Of a stretch of 64,000 bases of DNA, positions 46,880-58,968 are shown piece after piece. This DNA comes from Eledone cirrhosa. Lineage: Eukaryota. The stretch spans positions 55,428,001 through 55,492,000 of the forward strand of contig OZ024740.1 of NCBI GenBank assembly GCA_964016885.1. The letters run 5' to 3'. The first letter of the stretch is position 1, and each line of letters begins with the position of its first letter. A program made the position numbers and the translations under genes. The notes beneath the pieces are model-generated. The model was given only the letters and a program-made list of their open reading frames with translations, was not told the origin of the DNA and did not search any database.

Positions 46880-48540
46880 AAATATCCTCCTAAATGTTAA
46901 GAAATTCAAATCGTCAAATAATGTATCCGCTTTTTTCTAACAAAACTAAGAACCTGTATGAAGTAAATAGAGAAAGATATAATCAGCATATACTAAGCAA
47001 CATAACTAGCAAATACCAGAAAGACAAGCCTCAAACTTACAACGCTATTAACAACGAGACCAAAGAATCAGCTAGACATTTTAAAATAGATAATAGACGA
47101 GAAAAATTAGCAAAGCGTGATGCTTTCATAAGCCTCAAGGATCACAAAATGAACTTTACAAGCAGACCATCATGCAAGCTAATAAACCCAGCGAGAACAG
47201 AAATAGGTCTAGCCACCAAGAAGATCTCTTATGAGAAATAAACATGCGATTCACAAACAACATGAGTCTCTTACTCTGGAACAATACCACATCCGATATA
47301 TCCTGGTTCTGAGACATCCCATCGAAAGGCAGGGCTAAGATTACCGAGTTGGATATAACCGACATTTACCCTTTTATCACTAAACCGCTACTACTAGACA
47401 AGGCCTTAGACTTCGCTAATACCTTCGGAGCTATTAGTATCCAAGAACTCGACCTGATTTACCACGCACTATAGACGGTCTTATTCAACAATGCAACCGC
47501 TTGTGTAAATATGTGTGACCCAGAAGATTCATTCGACATCTTTGTGGGTTCTTACGACGGCGCGGATATATGTAATCTTGTTGGATTATTCATTTTTCAT
47601 ACGCTTAAGCAGATATTCCCCGACAACACCATCGGTCTATACCGCAACGGTGGTCTCTTTATATATAAACCACGACCGTAAAGTGTACGATATGATCAAG
47701 TTCGCTAAAGACCTGATCAATACCTTTCACGACGTTGGCCTTAAAATCACAGTCGATACGAACATCACCAGTACAAACTTTCTCAACGTCAACATAGACC
47801 TACAAATAGGGGCAAATAAACCATATCAAAAACCGAACAAGAAACTGAAATACATCAACAGATGATCATGTCACCCATGCATTGTTTTTAAAAATCTAAT
47901 ACGGAACGTTAGCCGTAGAATCTCGAACTTATCATCCAGCAGAGAGATATTTGAAAAAGCAGCGCCATACAGTAACAAGGCCTTCTGATATAGTGGATTT
48001 AAAGAACAGCTCAAATGCATTACTAATAGTCATCCACCTAGAAATAACAATAGAAGAAAAATAATTTGGTTTGACCCTTCTTTTTTTTTCATTAAATGTT
48101 AAAACTAATATAGGTAAGACAGTCTTAGACCTCATAGATAAGCACTTTACCTCTCAGTATAGATGCAGTAAGATCTTGAGTCGATGTTCAGTGAAAATTT
48201 CCTATTCTTGCGTCCTATCTATGAAATCGAAAATAGCTACAGAGAACAAACCACACGACCATCCAGGATGCTCTTCAAGGAAGAAAGACAACTGTCGATT
48301 ACAGCAAAACTGCAATGATGAATCCTTCATTTACAAAGCAGAGATCAAATACTCGACGCCAACAAGCCAGAGACCCGCGAAAATATGTAGGCATGGTCCA
48401 GGACAGATCTAAAGAAAGATTCTACATCTACCTTTCCTCATTTAGACATCCCAACACGAAAAGCACCACAACACTGGAAAATAGGGTCTGGCAGCAAAAA
48501 GAAAAGGGAATAGAGCATCAAATGCTGTGGGGCATTACAT
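46880..48540 (+). mobile_element. Decayed Penelope-like element (Naiad-type RT + GIY-YIG)
   Basis: FISLKDHK..CKLINPARTEIG, LDITDIYP, VGSYDGADICNLVG, LYRNGG, NVKTNIGK, FIYKAEI..KYVG. Confidence 0.85.
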
Positions 48541-48685
48541 TCTGAGTTCAAATCTCACTGAGGTTAGCTTTTCCTTTCATACATACGGGGTAAATAGAAT
48601 AAAATACCAGTAACCTGGTGTCGATTCAATCGACTTTCCTTTCTCCAAAATTCTTGACCTTGTGCCTAAATCTGAAATTGTTATT
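48538..48685 (+). mobile_element. Partial MetaSINE-like copy truncating the PLE 3' end
   Basis: TTCTGAGTTCAAATC, CTTTCAT..GGGG, CCTTGTGCC tail. Confidence 0.65.
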
Positions 48686-49282
48686 TCATTCCTTGTTGAG
48701 AATTCGTCAGAGAATATGTTGTCACATTTTCCGTGCGCTTTGTGATTGATAGTTCAATATCAAACAAGTACTACCTCAGAACCGAAATGTACAACCTAAT
48801 TTAGATAATAAGACATTCATAGACATTTCGGTTAATTAATTAATTAATTAATTAATTAGTTAATGACAAAGATACGTTTATTGGTTTATCTGAAAATGTT
48901 AATCTAGATATACATATAATACTTTCATCATTATGTCTCGGTGTGAAAAGCAACCAAACACATGTTTAACTCCATGGGCAACAATATACTTGCTCACTGT
49001 TCGATTTTGAACCAGTAAGAATAGATCTAATATTTTGCTGTCAAATAGGAAATAAAAATAATATATTCACATTTGTTTACGTTTCATAGTACTGCTTAAA
49101 ATTAATTATTTTTTTGCTATATTAACATTAAAATTTCAGATTATACACACAGAGCTGCATGCAAAATGATTAATTAATTAGATATTTTACCAACTAATGT
49201 ACGGTTGTGCTGGTTGAAGTGACCATTTCAACTTTGTTTCTGGTTTGTGTCTGATATAAACAGATGTAAAATTTTATTATCA

Positions 49283-49505
49283 ATGAAATATGCACAAGGC
49301 CAGCAATTTTTTTTATGGGGGGTTGTTGGTGGTAGTCGATTAAATCGACCCTAGTGCGTGACTGGTACTTTATTTTATCGAACCCGTAAGGATGAAAGGC
49401 AAAGTTAACCTCGGCGGGATATGAACTCCAATCATAAAGAGCCATACCTCAATGCTGCAAAGCATGGTGTCCGACGCTCTACCGATTCTGCCAATCCACC
49501 GCCCT
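49283..49505 (-). mobile_element. MetaSINE-like tRNA SINE
   Basis: GGCGGTGGATTGGCAGAATCGGTAGAGCG head; TTTGCCTTTCATCCTTACGGGTTCGATAAAATAAAGTACCAG core. Confidence 0.82.
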
Positions 49506-49644
49506 TATAATGAGCAATTATAATAATGAAAATAATATAATTGTTTCAACTGAAAATACTATAATGTTTAAATAAACAAGATTTATTTTTTATTTTATTT
49601 TTTTAACCACAGTTCAACCCTGATCAAGGTGCCTTATTATGCAA

Positions 49645-49812
49645 GGGCGGGGGTTTGGCAGTATCAGTAGAGCGTTGGACACCATGCTTTGCAGCATAGT
49701 TATGGCCTTTTGCGTTCTGAGTTCAAATCCGCCGAGGTTAACTTTGCCTTTTATTCTTACGAGGTCGATAAAATAAAGTACCTGTGATGCATGCCAAAAG
49801 TAGAAAATCTTA
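49645..49812 (+). mobile_element. MetaSINE-like tRNA SINE
   Basis: GGCGGGGTTTGGCAGTATCAGTAGAGCG head, GAGTTCAAATCCGCCGAGG, GAGGTCGATAAAATAAAGTACC. Confidence 0.8.
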
Positions 49813-50601
49813 TTATGAAACGCCACCCAGTCTTGAATATCCCTTATTTTCCTGTGTACATGGAACAACATTATAAAATATATCCTTTTTACGGCCCTAT
49901 GACGTGCTTTAAAAACGATTCGTTTGCTTCATTTTCTAGCAATTCGAGTGGCTATTTAGCGGCTCTTATGATGGTTTGATGTACTATTTTTAGTACAATG
50001 GTATAACGTAAGTTGTGTATATATTCTAAATATAGCATTGTTATTTATAGAACCCAGTCAAATAATAACAGTGACATTAATAGTTACAATCTTTCTCGTT
50101 ATTACTCGTCCACCCCCTCACCATCATAATCATCCTTATTGTCATTTCTTCAGCAGCAACACTATCAACAATATGAAAAGCTGCTGCAGTATGAATGATA
50201 TTAATCCGTTACTAAATCATGGCAGCACATTTTCCCCATTATAGATTAAAAAATAATGATCTGATTAAAAAATAAAACTATTCGTTAAGCCGCTTATTTT
50301 TGTTTATAGACACTTACAACGATCCTTACATTGTTGCAATAGAAAGTGAGGTTCTTTAGAATATAATTAGAACTGAGTTTAAAAGAAAATTAACAATAAA
50401 TGAATATATTAATGATTATCGATGAGCAGTAACAGCGATTTAGAAGAAATGAATACCTCACACTAATTAGTTTCTGAGCTATAATTACAAAATGTCTTCG
50501 GAAATCAAGAAAAGCCGTCGTCAAGAGCCATATTACCCACACTACCCCAAGTATCTAGTACTCTGGTGAGTAATGCTCTAAGTGGTTTTTAGCTCCTCCT
50601 T

Positions 50602-50656
<55 letters not shown>

Positions 50657-50660
<4 letters not shown>

Positions 50661-50900
50661 TTAAAACAATGAAATAAAAATTCAAGTCATTAGAAATATA
50701 CTTCACTGCTTTACGATCGTTTCTGGGTGATAATAATACATTGTACGCATATTTCGTTATCGATCTATGTAGGGTTAGTTACAAAATATCAAATAAGGAA
50801 TATATTTACCTACCCTACGTGTATATCATCAGCCGTTGTCAAAAGCAATGAACATTTTATTCAAAATCAATAGTAAATTCAGTTCTATGACCTTATTTGG
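50657..50900 (-). repeat. 3' pseudo-LTR of PLE
   Basis: Direct repeat of 54775-55018. Confidence 0.85.
50702..50852 (-). ncRNA. Putative type I hammerhead ribozyme, U3-A8 core variant with long stem II
   Basis: TTCATTGCTT-[TTGACAA]-~115 nt-[GAAAC]GATC[GTA]-AAGCAGTGAA; stem I pairs; second copy at ~54823-54968. Confidence 0.6.
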
Positions 50901-51660
50901 AGGTAGCTGAAGAACAAACCAATCAAATGTTTTTTTGCAATATGATGTTAAGATGAAATATAACTCACTTTAGTTGAGGTCATGACCCTTTGAAAGGAAT
51001 GGTTGAATGGTGTTAAAAATAGAATTACTATAAAGAACCTATGAAGAAAAGGGATTGTTATATTGATATATTGATAGTGGAATGTAGATGGTGGAGTGAA
51101 TTTTAAAAAGGAATGTAAAAATTAAATCTTAAGTTGTGTTGTATGGAGTTGTTAGGTGAATATAAATAAGTAAATATAAAATATACAGAGATAACTAGGA
51201 TAAATATAGATAGGTAAAGTAATGGTCATAACTAGGAAGGATAGTATATCAAAAGCTGAAAATTATGATAAGATAATAAAATATAATAATATAATAATAT
51301 AATATAATGTAATATAATATAGTACAGTATGATGCATCATAAAATATAAAATAGTAAATATTTTCAAGTGGGTCTATGTATAAGTTATCAAACTCAGATA
51401 AATGCATGTTGACATATAGTCAAAACGCATAATTTTATTAGGTCACAAAAGTACATATATTCAGATATATAGAGAGAGGTATAATTACATTTATACTCCA
51501 TTAAAAACATACTTACGCATACATACATATAAACATATACATATACATACATACACGCACACAAACATATATATATATATGCACACACTTATACATACAT
51601 ATATACATGTACACACACATACATGTACATACACATATACACACACATACACATATACAC

Positions 51661-51696
<36 letters not shown>

Positions 51697-51913
51697 TCTC
51701 TTATCATACATACATAGATACATGTATACCCATGCAATTACAGATGGTTATGTACCTTGATGCCCTTAGTCAGTAACACATGAATCTATGGAAGCTAAAA
51801 AATTTAAAGGTTAAAAAATAAAAAATAAACAGGGAGGCGTATAATTAGGGGAAGGGGATACTAACAAATGGTACGTCACACAGAATTATAGTGAGTTGCT
51901 ATTTAGAATGTTT

Positions 51914-54545
51914 AATTAGGTTTATAGTACTTAAATGTTTTTCGTATACGGTGATTACAAGCTATAATCAGTTCCTGTCTTTTATTCAATAAATCGTCCT
52001 TAGATTTAGTAATTTCCAAGATCTACCCGGAACATAATCTGCATTCTCTCCTGTTCCCAAGATATGGAGTTCTTTGCAGAATGGTATCCCTCGATAGCTT
52101 GAAATCAATTTTTTTCTTTTTATAGTTATTTACTGCTTCAGCTGAAGATGTGGTGTTAGCTAGTTTAGTATTGTTAAAGCTACTGGAGTGTGCGTAATAT
52201 TTTTTCTTAAATGTATTCGATGTCGATCCTATATATGTTTTGTTGGAGTCTGTAGTAGACACAGTGCATTTATATATTACATTATTAATGAAACAATTGC
52301 CATTTAAGGGACAAACGCTTCTATTTCTGCAATTACAACCATACATAAGATGGTTGTTGGGGGTACCTACATAATTCTCATTAATCCTTGAGCTATTCTT
52401 ATTGTAATTAATGTTAGAGAGAGAATGAATGCTGCTTTGTGGGTAATTTAGTGCTGGGGTTGTATTGTGATTTTGTGTTATGTTGTTTTTGTGTTTGTGA
52501 TTTGGGTGGTTGTATTTTCAAGGTTGAAGGATTGTATTATTTGTCCTTTTAAAAGGTGCAGTCTTATTTAAATTATGTTCTGGTGGTGTGGTCATATTAT
52601 TTTTAAATTTATAAATGTTGTAGTTGCTTACTTTTTGCTGGACATTGTTTGATGTAGAGTATGAGAATTTAACTGTACACCCTATTTGGTGGTATCTGTG
52701 GTTTGGTGGAAAATGTTTATGTAGAATTCCGAGGAATTTTGGGGGCATTTGTCCACTAGGTTGCAGGTTGAAGGGTGCATTGTACCATATTATGTTTCTT
52801 TTGCGGTTTTTAGCTAAGTTCTTATTGCCAGTTATATTAATGTGCTGTGTTCTAGAAGAGTTTTTATGGTTAGTATTTATATTTGTGGAATTTGGTAAAT
52901 TGCAGTGGTTGTATTTGGTGTTATTATTGGGTAGATTACGAGAGGTTGAACGTTTCGTAGTCATATGTGAGTTATTAATATTGGTCAGAGATCGTGTAGT
53001 AATAGTTGTTGTGGATTTTTCGGTTGTTTGGTGTGATAGGATTGACCCCATTTGGCATTTGTTTCGATGGTATTTTTTGGTGTTTCTAGTTTTTGCTAGG
53101 TTTTGTAGTATGGTCCATAGTAGTGTTGGGGATATATAACATTCTTTCTTTATATCCACTTCTAGTTAGGGCCTCGTTGTAGAAGGGTACATCTTTATAA
53201 AATATATCCTCATTGGAAGATAATTTAGAAAGTCTAAATGATATGTTATATACTAAGTTTTTGAGTATAGAGCCAGGGTGTTTAGAGCGTGAATGTACAT
53301 AGTTTAGATTCTGGTTGGGTTTGTGGTAAGGGTGATAAATATTCGTAGAGAGGTCTAAGGTAACGTCAAGGAAGTTAGCTACTTTTGAGGTGTTTTCAAA
53401 GGTGATCTTAAGGTTGTTATAGTCCTTGAGGAATTTTCTAATTTGTTTTTTGTTTTTCTCTATATTAGAATTGCTAAGATTGTTAGATATCAATAGACAA
53501 TCATCACGATAAAGACCACCTTTTCGGTGGGGAAAAGAGGAATTAATATTATAGAGGAGAAATAGTCCAACGAGGTCTGTAACTTGAACAGAGTCCATGG
53601 ATCCCGTCGTTATATCGAATAAGTTGTTATATGTGTTTCTTGTCCAGTGTTCTTCTTGGAAGTTTAGTAAGGTTTTTCTAGCGTGAGTAATGATGTTGAT
53701 ATCCTCAGTAGATAAATCCGATCTATTTCTGGCGAAGATCAGTGCTTAGTTTAAGAGAATTGGAGAAATTGAAGAATAGTAAGAATCGATGTCGAATTTT
53801 ATGAATGAAGCTGAGTTTTTATTCTTGATATTAGTGAACCATTCAATAACCTGGGAAGTGTTATCCCATAATGGAAGTTTACAAATTTTCTAATCTGCGG
53901 AATGATTCGATCAATAATTTTCTTGCTGATAGTACCGATATCAGATTTTTATGGGCATATCAGTCTAATAGATGGGTTCGAATTAAAGTCAGATTTGTGG
54001 TCCTTCAGGTTGAAGTGCGGGCTTTTAGGTGTGAAAGGCTCCGTCCTATCTTCAATATGGAGTTTTTTTAATATATCACATGATATGTTGTTCAAGGATG
54101 TCAGTGCGGTGGTGCTGGTTTTCTTATAGTTTTTTCTAAGTTCTTTATAAACGAACTGGTTATATTTATCGATGTCCATATGGTACAGATTACCAGTTTT
54201 GTCAGAATGGACATGGACCTTGTTTGAATTTTTCAGTTGCAGAAGGGTAGAGTCTAATCCCTTTTGGAATTCAGATTTGTGTTTCCTGAACTTAATGTTT
54301 TTAATTATATTCAGCAGGGCCCCCTCAACAATTTCAAGTTGAATATAATGAGGAGGATTTTTGTATGTGTTGAATCCATAGCGGTACTTCATTTCATTTG
54401 TATTAGTTTTCTTGTCAAAATGATAGGCTCTCCATCGCATTCTCCTAATAAACTGGTTAGTTTTTTGTATGAGCAAGAGTAGATATTCGTCTTTAGGTGG
54501 AATCGGAATATTCTTCAACGAAGTACCCAAATATTGTTTTTCCAT
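51914..54545 (-). pseudogene. PLE RT-endonuclease ORF, disrupted
   Basis: SLKNIPIP, RMRWRA, DKTGNLY, LKDHK..RLI, FDIDSYY, LYRDD, FLDVTLDL, CNCRNRSVCPLNGNC, VIYKC..YIG, CRLC..LNKRQE..CNH. Confidence 0.88.
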
Positions 54546-54774
54546 TGTGATGCAGGAATTAGATAAAAGAAGAGCTCAACTAAATATTATAATCACAGAA
54601 GTGGAGACAATTATGAAAAAATATATTGAAGGAACAAGATTCACAGAAATATCCACGGTTAGTTGTGGGGTCCAGTCTGCATGAAGAACGCAATGTAATC
54701 CATATGTTGAAAATGTTGTAGGTTAAAATAAATACTGGAAAACAATAAAACATCAAAAGGAAAACAGAGTCAAG

Positions 54775-55018
54775 ATATAAGTTAAAACAATGAAATACAA
54801 ATTCAAGTCATTAGAAATATACTTCACTGCTTTACGATCGTTTCTATGCGATAATTATACATCGTACGCATATTTCGTTATCGATCTATGTAGGGTTATT
54901 TACAAAATATCAAATAAGGAATATATTTACCTACGTGTATATCATCAGCCGTTGTCAAAAGCACTGAAAATTTTATTCAAAATCAATAGTAAATTGAGTT
55001 CTATGACATTATTTGGAG
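54775..55018 (-). repeat. 5' pseudo-LTR of PLE
   Basis: Direct repeat of 50657-50900. Confidence 0.85.
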
Positions 55019-55028
55019 TGTGTGTGTG

Positions 55029-55109
<81 letters not shown>

Positions 55110-55285
55110 TAAGGAAAACAAAAGAAGGTTTTTCATCCGGATTTTATTGGAAAGGCTCAATTACAAACGTTGCACGGATTGGTCACACAGGATCCATATT
55201 TATAAATATATATTGCAAAATTGGTAAATAACTCGGTGATTATCAGGCTGTCAAAATTACTGACAGTTCTGCAATATATATATAT

Positions 55286-55743
55286 ATATATAAGTATGTA
55301 TACGTACATACATATATGTGTACAGACGTACAGTAGTATGTATATATATACACATACATGTGCACATATATATATGTACGTATGGGTTTATCGAACATTT
55401 ATTATAATGTTCGGTTTGTTTGTAAACAATCAGTCCGAATTAAGCCGTACAGTGCTCGGCAACCATCGTCGCCCTTTTGTTCTACACTGACACAGGAACG
55501 ATGTACTAGTTTCAAGCTTATTAGCTAGTACATCGCTCCTGAGTCAGTGTTGAACAAAAGCGCAACGATGGTTGCCGAGCACTGTACGGCTTAATTCGGG
55601 CTGATTGTTTCAAACATACCGAACATTATAATAAATGTTCGGTAAATCCATAGCTACATATATATATATATGTGTGCATGTATGTATATACATACTACTG
55701 TACGTCTGTACACATATATGTATGTACGTATACATACTTATAT
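55286..55743. repeat. Long palindrome (~225 bp arms) centred near 55515
   Basis: Arms are reverse complements, e.g. GCCGTACAGTGCTCGGCAACCATCG / CGATGGTTGCCGAGCACTGTACGGC; centre has GAAACTAGTA on minus. Confidence 0.88.
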
Positions 55744-55831
55744 TTAGGTATCAGCCGTACTAAGAGTGAGAAATGAAATTTCGTTTCATTCTTTTCCATT
55801 TATATATATTCTAATATATATATATATTCTA

Positions 55832-55869
<38 letters not shown>

Positions 55870-56027
55870 TAGAATTGGTGCTCTGAAATAGCGATGTAAT
55901 ATGAATGTATATATAGTGTATTTGGTAATACCCTGTATGCTTAATTTAAAGTACTTTGAAGACCTTACGCTATTGTTTTAAAGTAGCGACTATGTCACTT
56001 ATTCTTTTTTCAACAAACAAAGGGAGA

Positions 56028-56075
56028 TAAGCTGACAGATCTCTGTTTCATACTGTTGGTATTCCTCAGAGCTTA
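56028..56075 (-). ncRNA. Type I hammerhead ribozyme (inverted copy)
   Basis: Reverse complement of 56401-56448. Confidence 0.88.
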
Positions 56076-56400
56076 GCACTCCCCTTGTCTGTTGAAAATG
56101 ATGAATGTTGGATTCTTATAGAATTCCAGTAATAATCAGGAACTGATTATACAGAGCGGATGCCGGTCCAGCAAAAATTAAAACAATAGCATAAGGTCTT
56201 CAAAATGCTTTTAATTAAGCATACAGTGTATTACCAGATACATTATATATACATTCATATATACATCAGTATTTCAGAGCACCAATTCTAATTTTCAATT
56301 TTTGCTGGACCGGCAACCGCTCTGTATAATCAGTCCCTGATTATTACTGGAATTCTATAAGAATCCAACATTCATAATTTTCAACAGACAAGGGGAGTGC

Positions 56401-56448
56401 TAAGCTCTGAGGAATACCAACAGTATGAAACAGAGATCTGTCAGCTTA
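56401..56448 (+). ncRNA. Type I hammerhead ribozyme
   Basis: TAAGCT-CTGAGGA-ATAC(CAACA)GTAT-GAAAC-AGA(GA)TCT-GTC-AGCTTA; all core nucleotides and three stems present; predicted cleavage after 56442. Confidence 0.9.
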
Positions 56449-56573
56449 TCTCCCTTTGTTTGTTGAAAAAAGAAGTAAGTGACATAGTCACTACTTTAAA
56501 ACAATAGCGTAAGGTCTTCAAAATGCTTTTAATTAAGCATACAGTGTATTACCAATTACACTATATATACACT

Positions 56574-56597
<24 letters not shown>

Positions 56598-56604
<7 letters not shown>

Positions 56605-58698
56605 TAAAATAACAGATTAAAGTTTAAGCAAAGAATCGCTGCTTTCACCCTTAACGGGATCTTCTGAAACTAACAAAGTCAATCTGTAAACGCAGAACTG
56701 GATATTTCAAAAAACTTTGCAGCCGGAGGAAGACAGGAAGACGATACTTTGGTTCGTGGTAACGTTCGCTGGCAAAGAACGGGAAAAAACGAATAATACG
56801 TCATTAATAGGAGCGGTGAAAAATAATTACGCGCAAAGACAAAACCACGTTTATGGTATAAAAGAGGTCGTAGACTAATGTTCTCTTAGGTGGTGCATAT
56901 AGACGTTCTCTGGCAATGAACGAAAAAACGAAGATAATAAGTCATATGTGGAGCGTGGAGAACAAAAGCACGCAAAGACAAAACCACGTAAATGGTATAG
57001 CAGAAGTCGTAGACTAAAATTCTAACTAGGAGACCAAATGAATCTCCACTACAGAGTTAAGAACAAAATAAATAAATACGATACAGAAGTAATAGAAACA
57101 AATAAATACATACACGCAAACAGATACGTACATACACAAGCATACGCAAAACCTTACCATAGGTATACAAAACCACGCACATATAAATATGTGTGTGTGT
57201 GTATGCTTGTGTACAAATAAATAAATAATTATATAAACGTATATAAGTAAATAAATACGTATATAACAAGCGCACACACATACCTACATATAAACACACG
57301 AATGTTCGGAGACGTAAGTCAACTAAAACAAGAAGTACGCATATACACACACCCACCATATGTACGAACCTGCATACTCACTCGGACGCAAAACTCCCGT
57401 ACACACATAGCCAAACCCTAAATACCAGAATATGTAAAAATGATATGCCATAACAGTCAGATATACGTACGAGAAGGTATACGTACCTTCACAACACATA
57501 CGGTAAAATATACTTACCTATGCAAATAAGTAAAGGAATAAACAAAACATATACTTAGCTCCCACATCAAGACGTAAAATATCCACGTATAGATCGTGCT
57601 ATCCGTTAGGGTATAACGTGGGGCTGTAATACAGGAAAGTTTTGTGCAATTTATGTTTACAAGCCGAAATTGCCTCAGATTTTTTGTTTAAGATGTGGTC
57701 TGTGGCGTAGAGTATTTCCAGGGCCTCAGCGGCGCAGAGGTCACATGGTCTTCTATTTCCGTTATACGATCTAGCCCTAGCTAGGATCTCCCAGTGTAAC
57801 TTATATTGGGTGTGGTTGTCTTTTAGACTCCAGATATAAGCTGAAAGTGACGTCATATTCCTTCTTAGAGGGTAACGAAAAGAATGGGTATGCATGTAAA
57901 GACGCTGCTTGAAACTATTGGCGGTTAACCCTACGGGACGTGGGTGTTACAACCTTACATTTGTAGACAATGTTACTAGAGAGGCATTTCCCGGATAGGG
58001 GGCAATCAGCCCGATTCCTACAATTACAGTTAGTACTAACTACAGGGTTGCACGTGTTCCTACGGCTAGGTAGTTTAGCTAAATTTGAAGCTGTGATGTT
58101 ATGTGCAAGGTTAGGAGTCGTAGAGTAAGAAATTTTAATAGTATTTCTATTAAAAATTTTACTATATTTATGTGTAGGGGGAAAATGCTTCGTAATAAGG
58201 GAAAGAAAGATCTTAGTTAATGGTGTGGCCAACTCCATATTATATGGTGGGTTAAACCAACAAATGCGACGGGATCTATTTCTTCTAGGTCTATTTTCAT
58301 ACTCTGTATATGCTACCTTATCGACAAATCCACATCGAGCAAGAGCTTCATTGTAATAAGTGGAATGGTCGTTGAAAATGCGCTCGTTGGTGGAAAGACA
58401 GGAAAGCCTCAACGAAATAGTCTACGACCTCTTTTATACCATAAACGTGGTTTTGTCTTTGCGCGTAATTATTTTTTACCGCTCCTATTAATGACGTATT
58501 ATTCGTTTTTTCCCGTTCTTTGCCAGCGAACGTTACCACGAACCAAAGTATCGTCTTCCTGTCTTCCTCCGGCTGCAACGTTTTTTGAAATATCCAGTTC
58601 TGCGTTTACAGATTGACTTTGTTAGTTTCAGAAGATCCCGTTAAGGGTGAGAGCAGCGATTCTTTGCTTAAACTTTAATCTGTTATTTTAATAAATAT
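56598..58698 (-). mobile_element. 5'-truncated Naiad-like PLE with inverted pseudo-LTR
   Basis: 57599-58418 encodes RLSCLS..WFNPPYN..CNCRNRADCPLSGKC..IVYKC..CDLC..LNKKSE..CKH; 56598-56877 is inverted at 58418-58698. Confidence 0.88.
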
Positions 58699-58780
58699 TT
58701 GCTCTACGGTTCTTATATATTTGATATATATTTTCCTTATCGAGCCCTCTTTGGATTTTAGTCTTCAATTTTATTATTAT

Positions 58781-58831
<51 letters not shown>

Positions 58832-58926
58832 CGAAATATATATAATAAAACATATATTTTTAGCAATGAAAATTATAAAAAAGGATTAGACTAGTTCTTG
58901 ATCACCGTGGATAAGAAATCGTCATT

Positions 58927-58968
58927 ATCTGACTACATTCAGGCATAGTTCAACCTTCGTCAGTGGAT
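58927..58968 (-). ncRNA. Degenerate hammerhead motif (PLE terminus remnant)
   Basis: ATCCA-CTGACGA-AGG..CCT-GAATGTAGTC-AGAT; GAAAC is mutated. Confidence 0.4.

Larger units (their letters stand above)
50657..55018 (-). mobile_element. Near full-length Naiad-like Penelope element with direct pseudo-LTRs
   Basis: RT + GIY-YIG remnants at 51914-54545; ~245 bp direct repeat at 50657-50900 and 54775-55018; flanked by (TA)n/(CA)n. Confidence 0.88.
55869..56572. mobile_element. Rearranged inverted-repeat element built from PLE pLTR-like segments, carrying two hammerheads
   Basis: 55910-56183 is inverted at 56292-56570; 55869-55980 is inverted at 56180-56291. Confidence 0.8.

Noticed and set aside
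47860-47868. In-frame TGA in a PLE as selenocysteine
   Set aside because: Not at a Cys-aligned position, and the copy has many other lesions
56630-56675. Hammerhead in the inverted pLTR (CAGAAGA..GAAAG)
   Set aside because: Core deviates and stems I and III could not be paired convincingly
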